NCBI GenBank assembly: GCA_038496445.1 | Contig: JALMLS010000466.1 | Coordinates: 744,001 to 808,000, forward strand | Direction of reading: 5' to 3' | From: Trichosphaerium sp. ATCC 40318 | Lineage: Eukaryota > Protista > Tubulinea | DNA: 64,000 bases | Program-made: the position numbers and the translations under genes | Shown: piece by piece, positions 1-13,567 of the stretch | Position numbering within the stretch: the first letter of the stretch is position 1 | Layout: every line of letters starts with the position of its first letter | The notes under the pieces: generated by a model | What the model saw: only the letters and a program-made list of their open reading frames with translations | Databases searched by the model: none | Told to the model about the DNA's origin: nothing

Positions 1-2001
1 ACAGAAGGCAACACCTAAAAAATTAATCGCAAAACCTTTGGCTAAAGTTTTGACTGTAGTGCTTGGTTGGCAAGGTTGTAAGATGTGGAAGATTGGCATA
101 CCAAAAGACGTGATAAATGATGGTTTGCCACACGTTAGCGAAAATCATAAGGCTGCTAACATAAAGGAAATGAAGATTATTCAAGATAACCCAACTTGTG
201 ATATTAAGAAGTGTCCTCACCCTGATACTTTGAACTTGAAAACGTGCCAGTTTGTTGTACTTCAAAAAGAGCTTCCTGCACCTGTATTTAACGTTCATAA
301 CTTTTCTATCCCTTACATCTAATCTAGATACATGGTGATGCTTACAAATTGTCATCTAAATGGTGTACTGACAATAGAACAGCTCATGAAAAAGATCGTT
401 TACAACGAATGAGGTGATTTGATGTGTAAGATCTGATTTTGCTGACACATACTTTTAGAAAATACTACGCTGCTATATGGTATCAAAGTTTCTTTAACAA
501 GACAGTTCTTCTACATAGACTTCCTGGATTCTGTATGGGGCATCCAGGTCGTAATGACATGCTGGCAAAAGTGCTAACTAGAAATTATTTTAGAGAAAAA
601 TAGTAAAGAATGGGATGATAGAGGCTTGACTGCTAAACACCACATCTATTCTTATATGCACTACTGTTATGCTGCTTTTGATTTTACTAAAAAACAATAC
701 TTACTGGGTGATGGTCATTGCGTTCCTCAACGTGGATATTTAACGTAAGACGAAAGTTTTACAAACGGTAGCTTACCTATTTTTTTCAATTAGTGGTGAT
801 CGTCAGATTAATCCCAATGAACGACATATACCTGGTGGTGGTATGTGGTTTTATAGAGGGAGTTGGGGGTACGCTTGGCAACATTTAGTACTTGATAACC
901 TTGGCAAACCTGCTATATCACATGAACTTTTTAATCTATCTTCAAAATACCTACACGATGGTTTATCTATCGGAAAGCCAGATGTCCTTTGGTGGCTCCA
1001 ATCTATGGGCATAAATCACGAGTACATACCAACCTACTTTTTTTTTGAAGAACTATACACTCTTCGTTGTTACAAGTGTTAAATTGACACGTGATTTTTT
1101 GTTAGCAAAGTAGAAAAGTTTGGAAACGGCCACTGTTATGAGGATATGTATGTTACTTTAGTAAATCCACCAAGGCCATGGGATCCTGTAGAGTTTCAAG
1201 CAATGACAAATGCAATGGATAAGAATGCACCAAAACCAAAAAAGAAGGAAAAGCCTCTGTTTTTATGGTTATCAAGAAAAGAAGCTACAAAGAGAATACT
1301 TGTCAATGAAGATGAGATGATTGTACCTCTTTTTCATTTGGAAGATATGTTTCCCTTTGTATACTGACTTCATTATTTGCGTAGCAAACTGCCAAAGATG
1401 TTATTGCAGAGTTTAACATTGACTTGGAAGTATACGAGTTTCATGGTAAAAAGGAAGGTGAAAACCCAGAGAAGCTGGCATCTCTATTTAGACGATCCAA
1501 GATTGTTTCAGGACCTCATGGAGGGCAATGGGCTTATTCTAGTACGTCTTAGATTTATCAATGCATCCCGTTAATATTGGTAATAGTTCTGGCACCAGCA
1601 GTACGATAGCAAATTAGTTGTGATATAGTTAATTATTCAAAAATAGGATGCATGTTTTATTGAGTTTGCTGTTGAAGGGGCTTACGATAAGTAAGAACAG
1701 TAATCAATAGTATAGTTACTAAAGGTTATAATCACTTAGATTTAAAACTTGGTGGTATGCCGGATGGGGCACGGGAATTGGAGGAAGAAATGATTGGTAT
1801 GCTGCACCTCTTTATGGAGGTGATAAGAGAACAACAGCCAGGCCTGCTGACCTACGGTACAAACTATTTATAAGCTATTCCGTTACTAACAGTATTAGGT
1901 TTGCCATGGCTAATTGTCTTGGTGTTAAGATAAAAGAGAACTACACTTGCCAATATTTGCAAGAAAACAAGCTGCCTCTGAAATCAAACAAAAGTACATA
2001 A
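1..2001 (+). CDS. Glycosyltransferase family 61 (DUF563)-like protein, multi-exon, 5' end outside window
   Basis: Spliced exons give LWLSRKEATKRILVNEDEM and FRRSKIVSGPHGG (GT61 xGxHGA-type motif), then FIEFAVE; stop TAA at 1999-2001. Confidence 0.7.
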
Positions 2002-2314
2002 CGCACGTTGTAAATATGATGATCATATCGGGTTTGTGAAATATTATAGAGCATAAAAGAAGTTGTACTACCCTGTATCGAACGAATAACATTGAAATTT
2101 CTGCGTTTTTGAAAAAGACTGACAGTTCCTTCTGGACTTGTTTGGACTTTTTTTAGATAACAGTTCTCTAGAAGCAATTATAAAGGGGTTATTATCAAAG
2201 ACCAAGATATGGGTAAACGATGGACAAAACCAGCGAGTGGTAGGTGATAAAAACAATTAATTTTGCCCGTTTATGTTTAAAAGTGGTCTTTGTACGTGAA
2301 TAGTGCAAGCGCTG

Positions 2315-3800
2315 ATGTTTGTAGTTAGTGTGCATTTAATATCGACGGAAGACCCAGAATTTACAACGCACAACCTCATAGCGTTACCCGAAGAAGTATG
2401 TCCATAACGAACTAAACGGCTGTTTAACACTTTACAAAATCAAGGTGTTAGAGCATGTATTCTTTTGTTTATGTCATATGAAGTCTCTAGACGCCGTAGG
2501 AGCGACGTGTAAAACTTGGCGCCGTATAGTTCAAGAACCAAAGAAACACTTCATCAGAGTGGTACACGCGCTGTAAGCGCTAATATTATTAACAATGCTA
2601 GTCTGAACAAGGTGATATCTTTGAATTGATAGCAAAAACAGTTAGTGATACTAAAACAAAAGAAAACATACCCAATCCAGTCACAGCAGGTACGTTTAGA
2701 GTTTACCCGCACAGTTATTACTTGAAACAATAACAAAACGTGAAAAAAGTAAACCTCGCCTCTTCTGTAACTTTTATTTTATTCTTCGCTGACACGCGGT
2801 TTTAACGCCTCTTCTTTACCGTCTAAATGATCACGACAACTACTAAAAAACCATACAATAGGCTACATCGATTTTGTACCTTCTGGCTCTCTGACAGGTG
2901 CGTTAATGCTCTGGCCTTTTTTTTTGAAACTACAAATGCTCATAGTTCGTTTTTCTTAGGAAGCGGTGAGTTTGTATCACAGAGAGACAATGGATATTGT
3001 ATATGCGTCCAAAGCAACTCAAGTCAAAAAGCTATCTGGGTTCAATGGCATATTGGAAAAGTAGCAAGGTAGGAAGAAGCAGCTGGTCTTTGTACATAGC
3101 TGTTTTTTTTAAATGAATTATCGTAGGGCGTCATTGAGCCGTGTTGAGATAATAGCTCCAGATTGGTTTCTTGATCAATTGTTAAAGCCTCGAAGACGTA
3201 CGTATTTTTCTTGCTTTTATGGTGGTTACATGTCGAATGTGGCTGTTATTTTGTTACAAATTATTTTTTTTGTATTCTAGCGTCACACGACGTTATAATA
3301 ATCCACGTGTTATGTTGTAGAATATTTTATACAAGGATCTTTTGATGGTAAAGAATGGGATACTTTAATTACAATAGAGCCAACAAAACTACCTTTCAAG
3401 AGCTGCAAGGGAGCAAAATCATTTTCTTACATAAGGTATTTTTTGAGGACTCGCAAACTGGTTGAATTCTAATTTATAACGTTTAGCGCCAAACTGGATG
3501 AACCGTCACGGTTTTATAAGTACTTCAGGTGAGTTATCTTTAAACTGACTCTTTGTTCAAGCAAACTTTATTTTTTCTTTTACAAAAAAGTCGTACTTAC
3601 TTCATAAAGGTATTACAGGGAAACGTCTGTTTGTGACTCAGATGTTTTGGGTTATATTGGTGCGTAACACACTACTGTACTAAAGATGAATTTACTAATC
3701 AGTCTTAAAAGCTTTTATTGGCACAGTAGAGTTTAATTTAGAGGCAGTTAAAAAGCTGCGAAACAAGAAATCAAATGGGAAGAAAAATACAGAATCTTAA
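2315..3800 (+). CDS. F-box protein with C-terminal discoidin/F5-8C-like domain
   Basis: Spliced LIALPEE|VLEHVFFCLCHMKSLDAVGATCKTWRRIV (F-box); later NPVTAG and QGSFDGKEWDTL...FYKYFR (discoidin-like). Start may instead be ATG 2273. Confidence 0.65.
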
Positions 3801-4224
3801 CTTAAAAAAACCCTCGTCGTTTTTTGGAGAAGGCCAGGCAAGGGAAATGGCCAAATGAATATTGTAATTACTGAAATCCAATGCGGATTTTTTTTTGTGT
3901 TATGTGACACTTGACACCAAGGAAATTTTTTTGGAAAACTTTCTACAATACATGTATTATTTTACTATCAATCCAGGTTACATCGTTTCTGCCAGCAATT
4001 CTTGTTTGTGACCATGCCACTTAACCACAGTTAAGGTTGTTAATTTTGTGTCTAAAAAAGTCAATACAGCCTAAACAAATTGTTTTGGGGCGCTTAAAGT
4101 ACTGCCAAAGTAGCTATCTGTCAATACTTTCTGTTTCTCCATAATCAGTGGAGATTTACGGCATCGTAATAAATAGCCAGCGAAACGATTGTCGCTACAG
4201 AGTGCCACAAGCACGTTTTGTGGG

Positions 4225-5361
4225 ATGACTCATGTACGCTCGCGTTGTTATACCGTGTACCCGAGGAATACTAATGTTTTTGGTAGAGCAACGCGCAACA
4301 ACAAGCGCCGTTCGAATTGATTAAGGGTTCTGCGTTAGCGACGGTTTTTGTTTGTTGTGAACACGCTTCAAATATGTAAGTTACTTTCTACCAACATGAG
4401 TGTTCTTTCTACGCTTAACTGTAGTATTTGCGCTTTCTGTGCGTGTTCCCAATATTAAACCGATTTGTAGACTTCCCAAAGGATTAAAATGGTCCAAAGA
4501 AGACGAAGAGCGACGCTTATACGATACTCACTGGGCTTGTAAGTTTAATACAACGAGTTACAGCATTTCGTTAAATTCCACTTTTGTAGATGATATTGGC
4601 GCAAAGGAGGTCGCAGTAGCGCTTGCTAAAAACTTTAATGCGCCAGCGTTACTCGCGCGATTTTCTAGGCTTGTAATTGATTGTAACAGGACTCTCGAGT
4701 CTGATACACTAATTTTGTACGTAAAAAGCAGATGGTTGGTTTATAAACGACTTACGTGGGAATTCCGTTAGGCAAAACGCCGATGGGCGAAAAGTAGGCT
4801 TGAATGATGGTATAAAACAAAAAGAAAGGACAGAACGGATAGAAAAAATATACAAGCTTTACCATGAGAAGTTTAAGACACTCGTAAAGACACAGAAGTC
4901 TTTAAAAACAATTATAAATGTTCATAGTTTCACAGAAAATTTTAACGGAAGCAAGAGAGATGTAGACGTAGGTATCTTGTATGCCGAGGGTGATGAAGAA
5001 CTATCGCGAAGTGTAAGTGCACACATGTCATTTATCTTTCTTTATCACAAAAATACTCCAAACAACGCCTACAAAGAGTAGAATGGGTTTTTTTTTAAGT
5101 TGTTTATTCTGACACCTTCTTTTTTAGATTACTTTGCGTTTAAAAAAATTGGGTTATGATGCACGTGAGAACGAGCCTTATGCTATAAAAGATGGGATTG
5201 GCGTTTACCCTAAGTTTATTACAGATTGTCATAAAACGCCCATTATTATTGAAATCAACCAAGGAAGGTTGATGGATAAAGTTTGGAAGAAAAAGTTTGT
5301 CAAAGACTTATGTCAAACTTTTGAAGACCTAAAAATTGGTCAAAATAAAATTGTACAGTGA
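4225..5361 (+). CDS. N-formylglutamate amidohydrolase family protein
   Basis: CCEHASN, HWAYDIGA, FSRLVIDCNR, VHSFT, NEPY and IEINQ motifs across GT-AG introns. Confidence 0.85.
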
Positions 5362-5492
5362 ATCAAAAACCCTTGGGACGTCATTATTTTTGATAGCTTA
5401 ACTTTTTTGTTGACGGACGGATTTGACTGTGAAATTCTATAAGTGTCTTATTTATCGTTATGGCTTTGAAAAAGCGTGTAAGATACTTCTAA

Positions 5493-8400
5493 ATGGAAGA
5501 TTTGTCTGATGAGATTATTGTTCATATATTTCAGTCGTTGAGTAGCCACAAGGCCTTGATTAGCGTTGGATCGGCGTCTAAACGGTAAATATCGCTTTTT
5601 CAAGATGTAAAGTTAAAATTGTTATTTTTTTTTTGAACGTAAAGCTTCTTTGGTGCTAATTCAAGTAGATTTTGCGACGTAGCAACGTTTGAATACGGTG
5701 CTCAGTTGTATTGGCGTAATTTTTACTCTCTACGCTGGAAAGCTTCTCATGAGGGACTAATTGCTTACGAGCAAGCGCAGTACGCTTTTTTTTCCTAAAT
5801 TGAACCGTTGCGACATATGTAACCCAAATACAGAATCGTTCTTGATGATAAACGTGTGTCATGGAAACTAGAGTTTATACAGCGTTATACGATGGAAAAC
5901 AAGTTGCAAGAGATTGTCAGTGAAGATGATGATAAACATAAGGTTAAGACAATAATCAGGCGTCTCATGGTGGATGATCTTACAAAAAAGTGTGCGTGAG
6001 CTGAACACGTGTTGAAACTTTTCTATTTTTATTTATTTATAACAAGTGCTGGCGGAGGCTCATGCGTTTGTCAATGCATCAAATGAAAACAGAATTGATT
6101 TCAGGGAAGAAAAGGGGGCAGTTGCACTTTCATCAGCGTTGTGCAGGATAACAGAATCGTCATGGTTTTTAATTATTGCAGAAATTGTGATACTCATAAG
6201 TACGGTTTCTTTGTTATCTTTGTATGTTAAACTTTTCTATTAGCTTCGTCCAATGGTAAATTATTAAAGCTTGATATACCGCCTGGATTTATGTCTATCA
6301 TGTATAAGCATTTTATAAGGTAACAGAAGTGCGTGATTGCTTTTTTTTAAAGGTTTTGTTTTAGTATTTCGAAAACAATACCGCTACCAAAACTGGCAGA
6401 GAGTATACAACGTATTGCTGGTAGTTTATATGCAGTGATAGGGAAGAATAAATGTCTACGTACGTAATAGCTTTGACTACATAGAAGCACTAATAATCTC
6501 ATAGTTGCCGTGCTAGCTCAATTGTCTAATAATAGTAACCACATATTAGTTTTCTTTTTCTTGTTTCTCTAAAACATTTTTTACAGGCGAATTTGGTACT
6601 GTTATAGAACGGATAATATCTACTGGATCTGTAGGCAAGATAAACAATGTGTTGCTACTTCTGAATCTCCTCATGAGGAATGGTACTGTTTTAGTTTTTT
6701 TCCTTATTCCCTCAGTTTCTAACTTTTTCTTGTTCAGGTAAAATTGCAACGCTAATAGTAGATGAAACAAAATTCATACCTTTATTATTATCTCATTGGA
6801 CATCACACAATTGTACGTACAAGATAGATTATAGTATAATGTGTGGTGATTAATTGGATGTTTGTTCTCAAAGATCCCAATATTTCCAAGACCATCCTCG
6901 AGATATTTTGGCGTCTATCTGTTAATCATGGTACTTCCAAGTTTTTTTCTTGTACTCAAAAAAAGAAAAATCATTGCGAAAACAAAAACTAAAAGGGATC
7001 AAAGTCTCTAGCATCACTTAGCTCTGAAAAAGCTCGCTTTCGGTCAAAATGCCATAACTTTTTTTTAGTAAGTGATGTTCTTAAGCATAAAGAGATATAC
7101 GATAGAATAGAGCAAGGTATCAAACTAGCTAATGGGCTGGTTAGTTTCCCTGCTGTTGGATTGTTAGCAAACTTAGCCATGGAAGACAGTAAGCAAATGC
7201 TTTTTTTACAAAATAACTAATTGTTGATACAGCGACTGCTGCCACTCATAGACGACTTTACGAACCAGTGTTTGCATTTATGAATAATCCCATTGCTTCC
7301 ATTGACGACCATCATCAATGTTTGCGGTGCCTCAGCGGCATGGCCGCCGTGGGTATGATTGATTACGCTTTACTATTAAGTATTCATCTTTAACACTGAT
7401 TGTCTTACTGCTAGATAAATCTGGCATTCTCAGTTCTTTCTTTGGTACTGTAGAACGGCTTAACTACATAGGGGATTTTATAAGACCGCAAGTTGATGAC
7501 AACACACTTGAGTACTTTTAATTTGATAAGGAGTACATATATTGACAAAATGTCTTTAGAGCGATGACTATTGGTCAAGCTTTCTATTTGATATCAGATC
7601 TTTGTATTTCAACTAAAAAGGGAACTGTTGATGTTATTTTATCAAGTAATATTATGTCCAAGCTTGTAAAGTACTTAGAAGACAAAGACTATGCGTTAGT
7701 CGATAAGGTATGCAACATAATTTTATTTCACAAAAAATGTAAAAATGCATACTTTGTTACTGTACATTCAAGTCACGTGACTTGGAAAAGTACTTTGCGC
7801 TACAACCTTGTATTCTTTGTTGTTGTACTTACTTCTTGTCGTTTTTTTTAGAATGTCTGTAAAGCTTTAGATACTATGTATAGTATTATTTCACCTACAA
7901 GCACTTTTGAGAGAAATGTTCTTATTGAGTTTGGTGTTGTAAAAGAACTTGTGAAACGCCTAGATAAAGTAGATATAACGCCAAAAACACGATTAGGAAT
8001 AAGACGTAGTTTATGGGTTCTTGCTAATGGAGCAATGCATGGTAAGTTATCAGTTTTTATTTCTTGGTTTTTTACTAGAAAGGATAACTGATCAGAGTTT
8101 TGATTGTTTTTTTAGAGGATATACAAAAACAGATTGGAGATATTAATGGTATATCAACATTCATGAAGTTTTTAAAATCAGATGACGAAGAAGTGAAGCT
8201 TGGATCATTGATGGCTCTTAGAAATTCTTTAGTGACGAGTATGAACTTTGTTTTTTTAAATTCTTTCAAGAGATTTTTTTGGGTGTATTATTGCGACTGT
8301 TAACAACCGCTATAGGAACCAACTGTACCGAGTTTCCAGAGGAAAATGCTCGACAAATTATATCGTTATTAAAGGAATGTAAAGATCAGGACATGGTTAG

Positions 8401-9179
8401 CTCGTACACAGGAGTTTTAATGAATTTATCTGTTGGTGCTGGTAAGCTATTTTTTTTTCAATTGATTTATTCAACTTGTATTAACTCGTTTTCTTGTTAG
8501 AACGAAATACAGAACTGATTGTCGAGAATGGTGGTTTCGAAGCGCTGAGTAACGTACTATTCTCACACTTATTTCCTGATTGGGTAAAGTTTGGCTCCAT
8601 TGAAGGTAAACCAATCAAGGCTTATTTTTTTCTTATTAAGTTTTTTTCGGTAGTTTGTTGTCAGTTATCTACAAAAAGTACGCTTGTTATTGACCAGAAA
8701 TGTATTTAAAAGAATATAGAGGATGTACCTAGTAATGTATTGCTCGAGATTAAGGATTTTTGGACTCGTTTAAAGGAGTTTCCTCTGCTTTTAAGTAAGC
8801 TCGGATGCTTGCCTTTTTTTTTTAATGTTTCATCTAGATGCTGCTCTTGTTATTGGATCTAGAGGTATTGATTACTTACTCAAAGAGAACTTAAATCCTG
8901 ATATACAAATGATGGGATTATGGACAATAGCTTATGGTGTATTGGATTTTATGGAAGGATTATTCTGGGGTTCATGGACAGAACTCAGTTACGTGTCTGT
9001 TTTCTAAATTGTTTCTTATTATTTTAGTCGCTCATTGCTTGCCTATTTGTGAGTCATTAAAAAAGGAAAGCGACTCAGCAAGAATAAGAGAAATAGCAGA
9101 ACTTGCAATAAAGAAGTTAAACAAGGCAAGTGTAGAAGGCAAAAAAATAGAAGACGCATCAAACAGTAAAAAAAAATAA
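5493..9179 (+). CDS. F-box + Armadillo-repeat protein
   Basis: N-terminal MEDLSDEIIVHIFQSL...VGSASKR F-box; ARM-like exons (GVVKELVKRL, NGISTFMKFL, ENGGFEAL); many short introns. Confidence 0.75.
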
Positions 9180-9307
9180 TGTAAAAAAATAAGAAAATGA
9201 AAAGTACTTGTATTTCACAAATAATGTTGATTTGTGTTCTTTATTTGGTTTTCTATGATATACGATACTATATATTACAGATACGAATGGGCCAAGAAAA
9301 GAATTGT

Positions 9308-10388
9308 TCATTCTTTTGCCAGAAAATCTTCGTACTTATCAAGCTGTTTAAGAAACCCGTCATTAGGGCAAACTACACCCCTTTTTTCTCTAACAAATGC
9401 AAGTGCATCTTTAGCAGATAGACCTTTATGCTTCATAACATAGGCAATCACAACAGAGCCTATTAAATTAATTACTAAAGAAGCTTATTAAAAAATATTC
9501 ATACCTGACCGCGATACACCAGCAGCACAATGAACAAGCACAGTACCACTCTTCATAGCCTTTTCCATAAATTCACAACAATCAGTCAAGTGCTGCTCAA
9601 TATCAGCAGTTTCCTGCAAAAATCATTAGTCACGTGACAAGGAAAAAAAAGATAAAAAAGAAAACGAAAGAAGCGGGTTTGATAGCCGTACAATGTCATC
9701 TATTCTAATAATTTTGTACTCAAAGTCATCTGGAAATTTAGGTTTAAGTCCATTACCAACAGTGAGCACGTGGGTTATCCCAATATTTTGCATTTCTTCC
9801 TTCTTTTCAGCTGATCTTACAGAACCCAAATATAGTTTATCAAGTATTTTTGTAGGCAAGTACTGACTATTAGCTCCAGCAAGCTTCATAAGTTGATCTC
9901 CATCATATTTTTCAATGTCAATGTAGTTTCCATCTATTAGCACCTGATTTAGATCCGGAATCGTCCATATAGACTCTGGTATTGTTCTTACGCAGTTATC
10001 ATACAGTGTAAGCGTTTTTAGCTTTTGCAGGTTGCCTGGGCGTATTTTAACTCCTAAACGCTGTAATGCGCGTACCTATGTTTTCGGGGATAGCTGTGAT
10101 ATGATTAAAGCTGAGAATAACGACATTTAGATTAATACAATCGCAAATGGCGTCAGGTATGCTCTTTAGGTTATTACACATCATATTAAGCACTGTGAGG
10201 TTCGTAAAAGAGCTTATAGTCGGAGGAAGCGACGTTATTTCATTATCTGATAAATTCATCTCTTTTACGTCTGTAATGGCTACTTTACGCTTGATATCAT
10301 TGTAGGGAAACTTTGACAATCCCAACTCTCTTAACGCCAGTTTACCTTCGTTTAGCTTTATTGCTTCCTTTACTTGTGCAGAACCCAT
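9308..10388 (-). CDS. Leucine-rich-repeat dual-specificity phosphatase (LRR-DSP)
   Basis: MGSAQ start, LRRs (LSDNEITSLP), DSP core LYLGS...ITHVL, VLVHCAAGVSRS and CPNDGFLKQL. Confidence 0.9.
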
Positions 10389-10634
10389 CTTGATGCTATT
10401 AGCAATAAACACAAACTTTGTTTTTTCAGCTACGTCGCGTATTCACCTAATCTAAGTATAGTTTGTTAATTTAAATTATCTGAATATCATGTGCTGTGTG
10501 CTCAATTGGTATTGTCGCATTGAAGATAAAGGAGTCTAGAATACGTTATCGTAGAATGGATGAATTATATCGCTAAGCTATGTTTGTAAACCCAAAAATT
10601 GTGGATTTCACAATACAGAACACGTAACTCCCCA

Positions 10635-11261
10635 ATGTCGCAACAACGACGTGGCTTTTCCAAGTATTATGGCAAACGCCCAAAGGAGCGCGTGTTGAAA
10701 CGCTCAAACAGAGAATCCATACAGTATGTACTTCATAACATCTGCGATACTGGCAACTAATATTTCTTTGGGTCCGATTTTGACAGCAGCATTGAAGCCT
10801 TACGGATTTACCTATGTTGACTATCCTGTCTTAGACGTTTGGACTAAACTTAAAAAACAACGTAGCGTTATTGGTATTGGAAAAGCCAAGACACCAATGG
10901 CATTTTTCACCTTCAAGTGGGACAATAAGATTTTTGAAAACTTGCTATTCACAAGCACATATGAACAACATCACACTGACCTAAAAATGGGATCACTACC
11001 CATATGACGAACTTCTCTGGCATAGTGATATGGCATGGGATTATTGGAATACGGAATATTCGCACATTGTGGAGCACAGGTGAAGCACAAATTTTATTTA
11101 CTCGGAAAACAGGTTTGTTGCCACTTAATCACTACTTCAACATCTCTACCAACATGAAATTTGATGCTAACATGGTACATTCATTTCTAGTGATTGTCTT
11201 TTAGCACCACATGGTACCAGGTTATTTCACTTGTGTTGATGAAATCTGTATTCCATCATAA
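10635..11261 (+). mobile_element. Degenerate piggyBac-type transposase fragment
   Basis: TPMAFFTFKWDNKIFENLL, then after a frameshift near 10985 FSGIVIWHGII...LWST...VF*HHMVPGYFTCVDEICIP; matches the piggyBac N-terminal region up to the first catalytic Asp (VDE). No TTAA-flanked TIRs found. Confidence 0.7.
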
Positions 11262-11334
11262 TATATCAATTGCCACCTAAACGATATTTTTGTACGAACT
11301 GAATTTGATGTATTCTAACGTAAGTATGCACTAT

Positions 11335-11789
11335 TTGTTTGTCACTTTTTTGATCATGATGTATGACTCACCCTTTGTCTAGGAAATCAACCAATCAGTA
11401 AAAGAACATTTTACGTGATGACAGGAATGCCAAAAGCAAATGCAACACTTGCAGCTGTACTTGAGGTATTGAAGGGTGCTCGTAAAGTGATCAACAAAAC
11501 AGGATGTAAAAGGTTTAATAGTGGATTCTACTTGGATTCCAAGGGTTCTATTCATCCTCTTGTTGAACCTGATGCACTATGGGCATGTGGTTGGGGTAAA
11601 TACACAAAACAAGCACAACGTTATAAGAAGATGCCAAATAACAAGATCAATGGAGATGGCGTATTTGAAGTACCTGAAATGAAAAAGTTTGATACAGTTG
11701 TTTCACAAGTTCGTAAAGTAAAGAAGGGTTTGGTCAGTAAAGATGACCCAGCACTCAAGAAATGCAGACAAGTGCTGGCAAAAGTATGA
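11335..11789 (+). pseudogene. Truncated duplicate of the last intron and exon of the 13568-14472 gene
   Basis: Near-identical DNA and protein to about 14013-14472; upstream exons are absent and transposase relic lies there instead. Confidence 0.8.
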
Positions 11790-12082
11790 ATGCACATGTC
11801 ATTTCTTACCATTGACTTTCACGTTATGTAAATACTGTTAATAAACACAACTTTAAATCAACATCAATTTGTTTTACAGGTGCTGATTAACTAGCAGGCT
11901 TTTACTCAGCCATTTTTGTTCGCTCAAACCGAACAACTCTAACAAGGCTGAGTATTCATGACATTGTACTTGCGGAAATGGCTATTGGTATGATGTTATC
12001 GAAAAAGCACGGTGCTGTTGCAATATCAGAATACGAAAAGTTATCAGAATAAATAAGACTGAATCCAATACAGACTGAGCAC

Positions 12083-13015
12083 ATGAGCGAACAAACGCAT
12101 AACACCAGCAATAAGCGATTGAAGTTAGATAAAACTGTATCGCCAGTTGCCATGCTTTTTACTGACGTTTGGCACGAGATAGTAAAAATACTGTTATACC
12201 AAGACGTTAACAGCATTGTATATCTCAAATCAACAAGTAAACACTTACGTGACTGTATTTCAGCTATAAAAGTGGGTAAAACAAGCATTTTAAAGGATAT
12301 TGCAGTGCTTGAAGCTATTTGCAGTGATGACCAGGAAGAAATCAAACAAAGAATAATAACGCACGTGTTACGAGATGAGGTTTTATTGTTTTCCGTTTTT
12401 GCTGATGAAGGTCCACAAACTCGTCTCTGGGACATGGCTGTATCTCATGTACTACGCTGGGCAAAGTATTGTGTCGATATTGAATACACAATGGAAGACA
12501 TCCACAACCTTGGTGATATAGATTATTCATTACCTGTACCATTGCTCAAACCAACCACCGACTTTTGTAAACCACAGTCCAAGAAAGGAATATGCAATGT
12601 TTGTAGAAAACTGACAACAATCACATGGGTCTCTCAATGGCGTGTGGCGGAAAGCAAAGCCAAGGTATTTTGTAACGACTGTTGCTTCCTTCGATGTCCA
12701 CTATTCGCTTTGACTGCCTGTAATTACGGCTATGGAGTTTGCTATGGAGGAGGACAATTGATCCGTATAGGTGCAGAAAAAGAGCTAGTATATGGAGAGT
12801 TCTATGTTGACTGTGGTGAGAGGAAGCAATATGAAGATACAGAAAATGCTATAGCAGCATATCCAGATTTAGCTCCCAAGTGGCTTTCAGGCAACTATGA
12901 AATATATTCTTTGTTTCGCGCAATGATTGACGGTGACAGTATCAACCATTCCGTTGTATTCATCCCAAAACGTATGGCTGATTCTCCAACCTACCAAGAT
13001 TCAAGCACAGCATGA
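12083..13015 (+). CDS. Intronless F-box-like protein with Cys-rich C-terminal region
   Basis: 310-aa uninterrupted ORF; LFTDVWHEIVKILLYQDVNSIVYLKSTSKHLR is F-box-like; CNVC and CNDC pairs. Confidence 0.6.
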   Translation: MSEQTHNTSNKRLKLDKTVSPVAMLFTDVWHEIVKILLYQDVNSIVYLKSTSKHLRDCISAIKVGKTSILKDIAVLEAICSDDQEEIKQRIITHVLRDEVLLFSVFADEGPQTRLWDMAVSHVLRWAKYCVDIEYTMEDIHNLGDIDYSLPVPLLKPTTDFCKPQSKKGICNVCRKLTTITWVSQWRVAESKAKVFCNDCCFLRCPLFALTACNYGYGVCYGGGQLIRIGAEKELVYGEFYVDCGERKQYEDTENAIAAYPDLAPKWLSGNYEIYSLFRAMIDGDSINHSVVFIPKRMADSPTYQDSSTA

Positions 13016-13567
13016 CAACTGTTCACTTTATCGACATTGCAGGTGTTTTGGCAGTTAACTCACCCTGATTGTTATCTTGGCTTACTCTCAAGCGTTGCTG
13101 TGTAACGCGCTGCAAATTATTAGTTTTAACTCCTAAAATAGTTTTGATTACACTGACACGTGATATATTTAGATTGAATAAATCGGTTGATTATACATGC
13201 TCGTTTACGTTTCTAGTCTGTAATTCATGTTAAGATTCGCGTTTAATTTATTCACGATGTTTCTCGTGAGATTTCACGTAAAACTTATAGATAGCTTATT
13301 GTCACGTTTCTGCTTTAAGAATGACCGCGATCAACCCTAAAAGCGGTAGTATAGACTATAAACTATACATACCATTAAATAGGTTGATAAAGCTCCAATA
13401 CATAGTATTAGCACTCGCTAATACTAGGTATCGCGAAAGAAGTGCTCGTGCAGCAAAGTGTTTATCGAGAAACCAAGTAAAAATTGTGGTTGTCACGTCA
13501 TTCTTGTTTCACTGACTTGAAAAAAAATCAAAATCAATAACAACCAACACAAACAACAACAAGCTAA

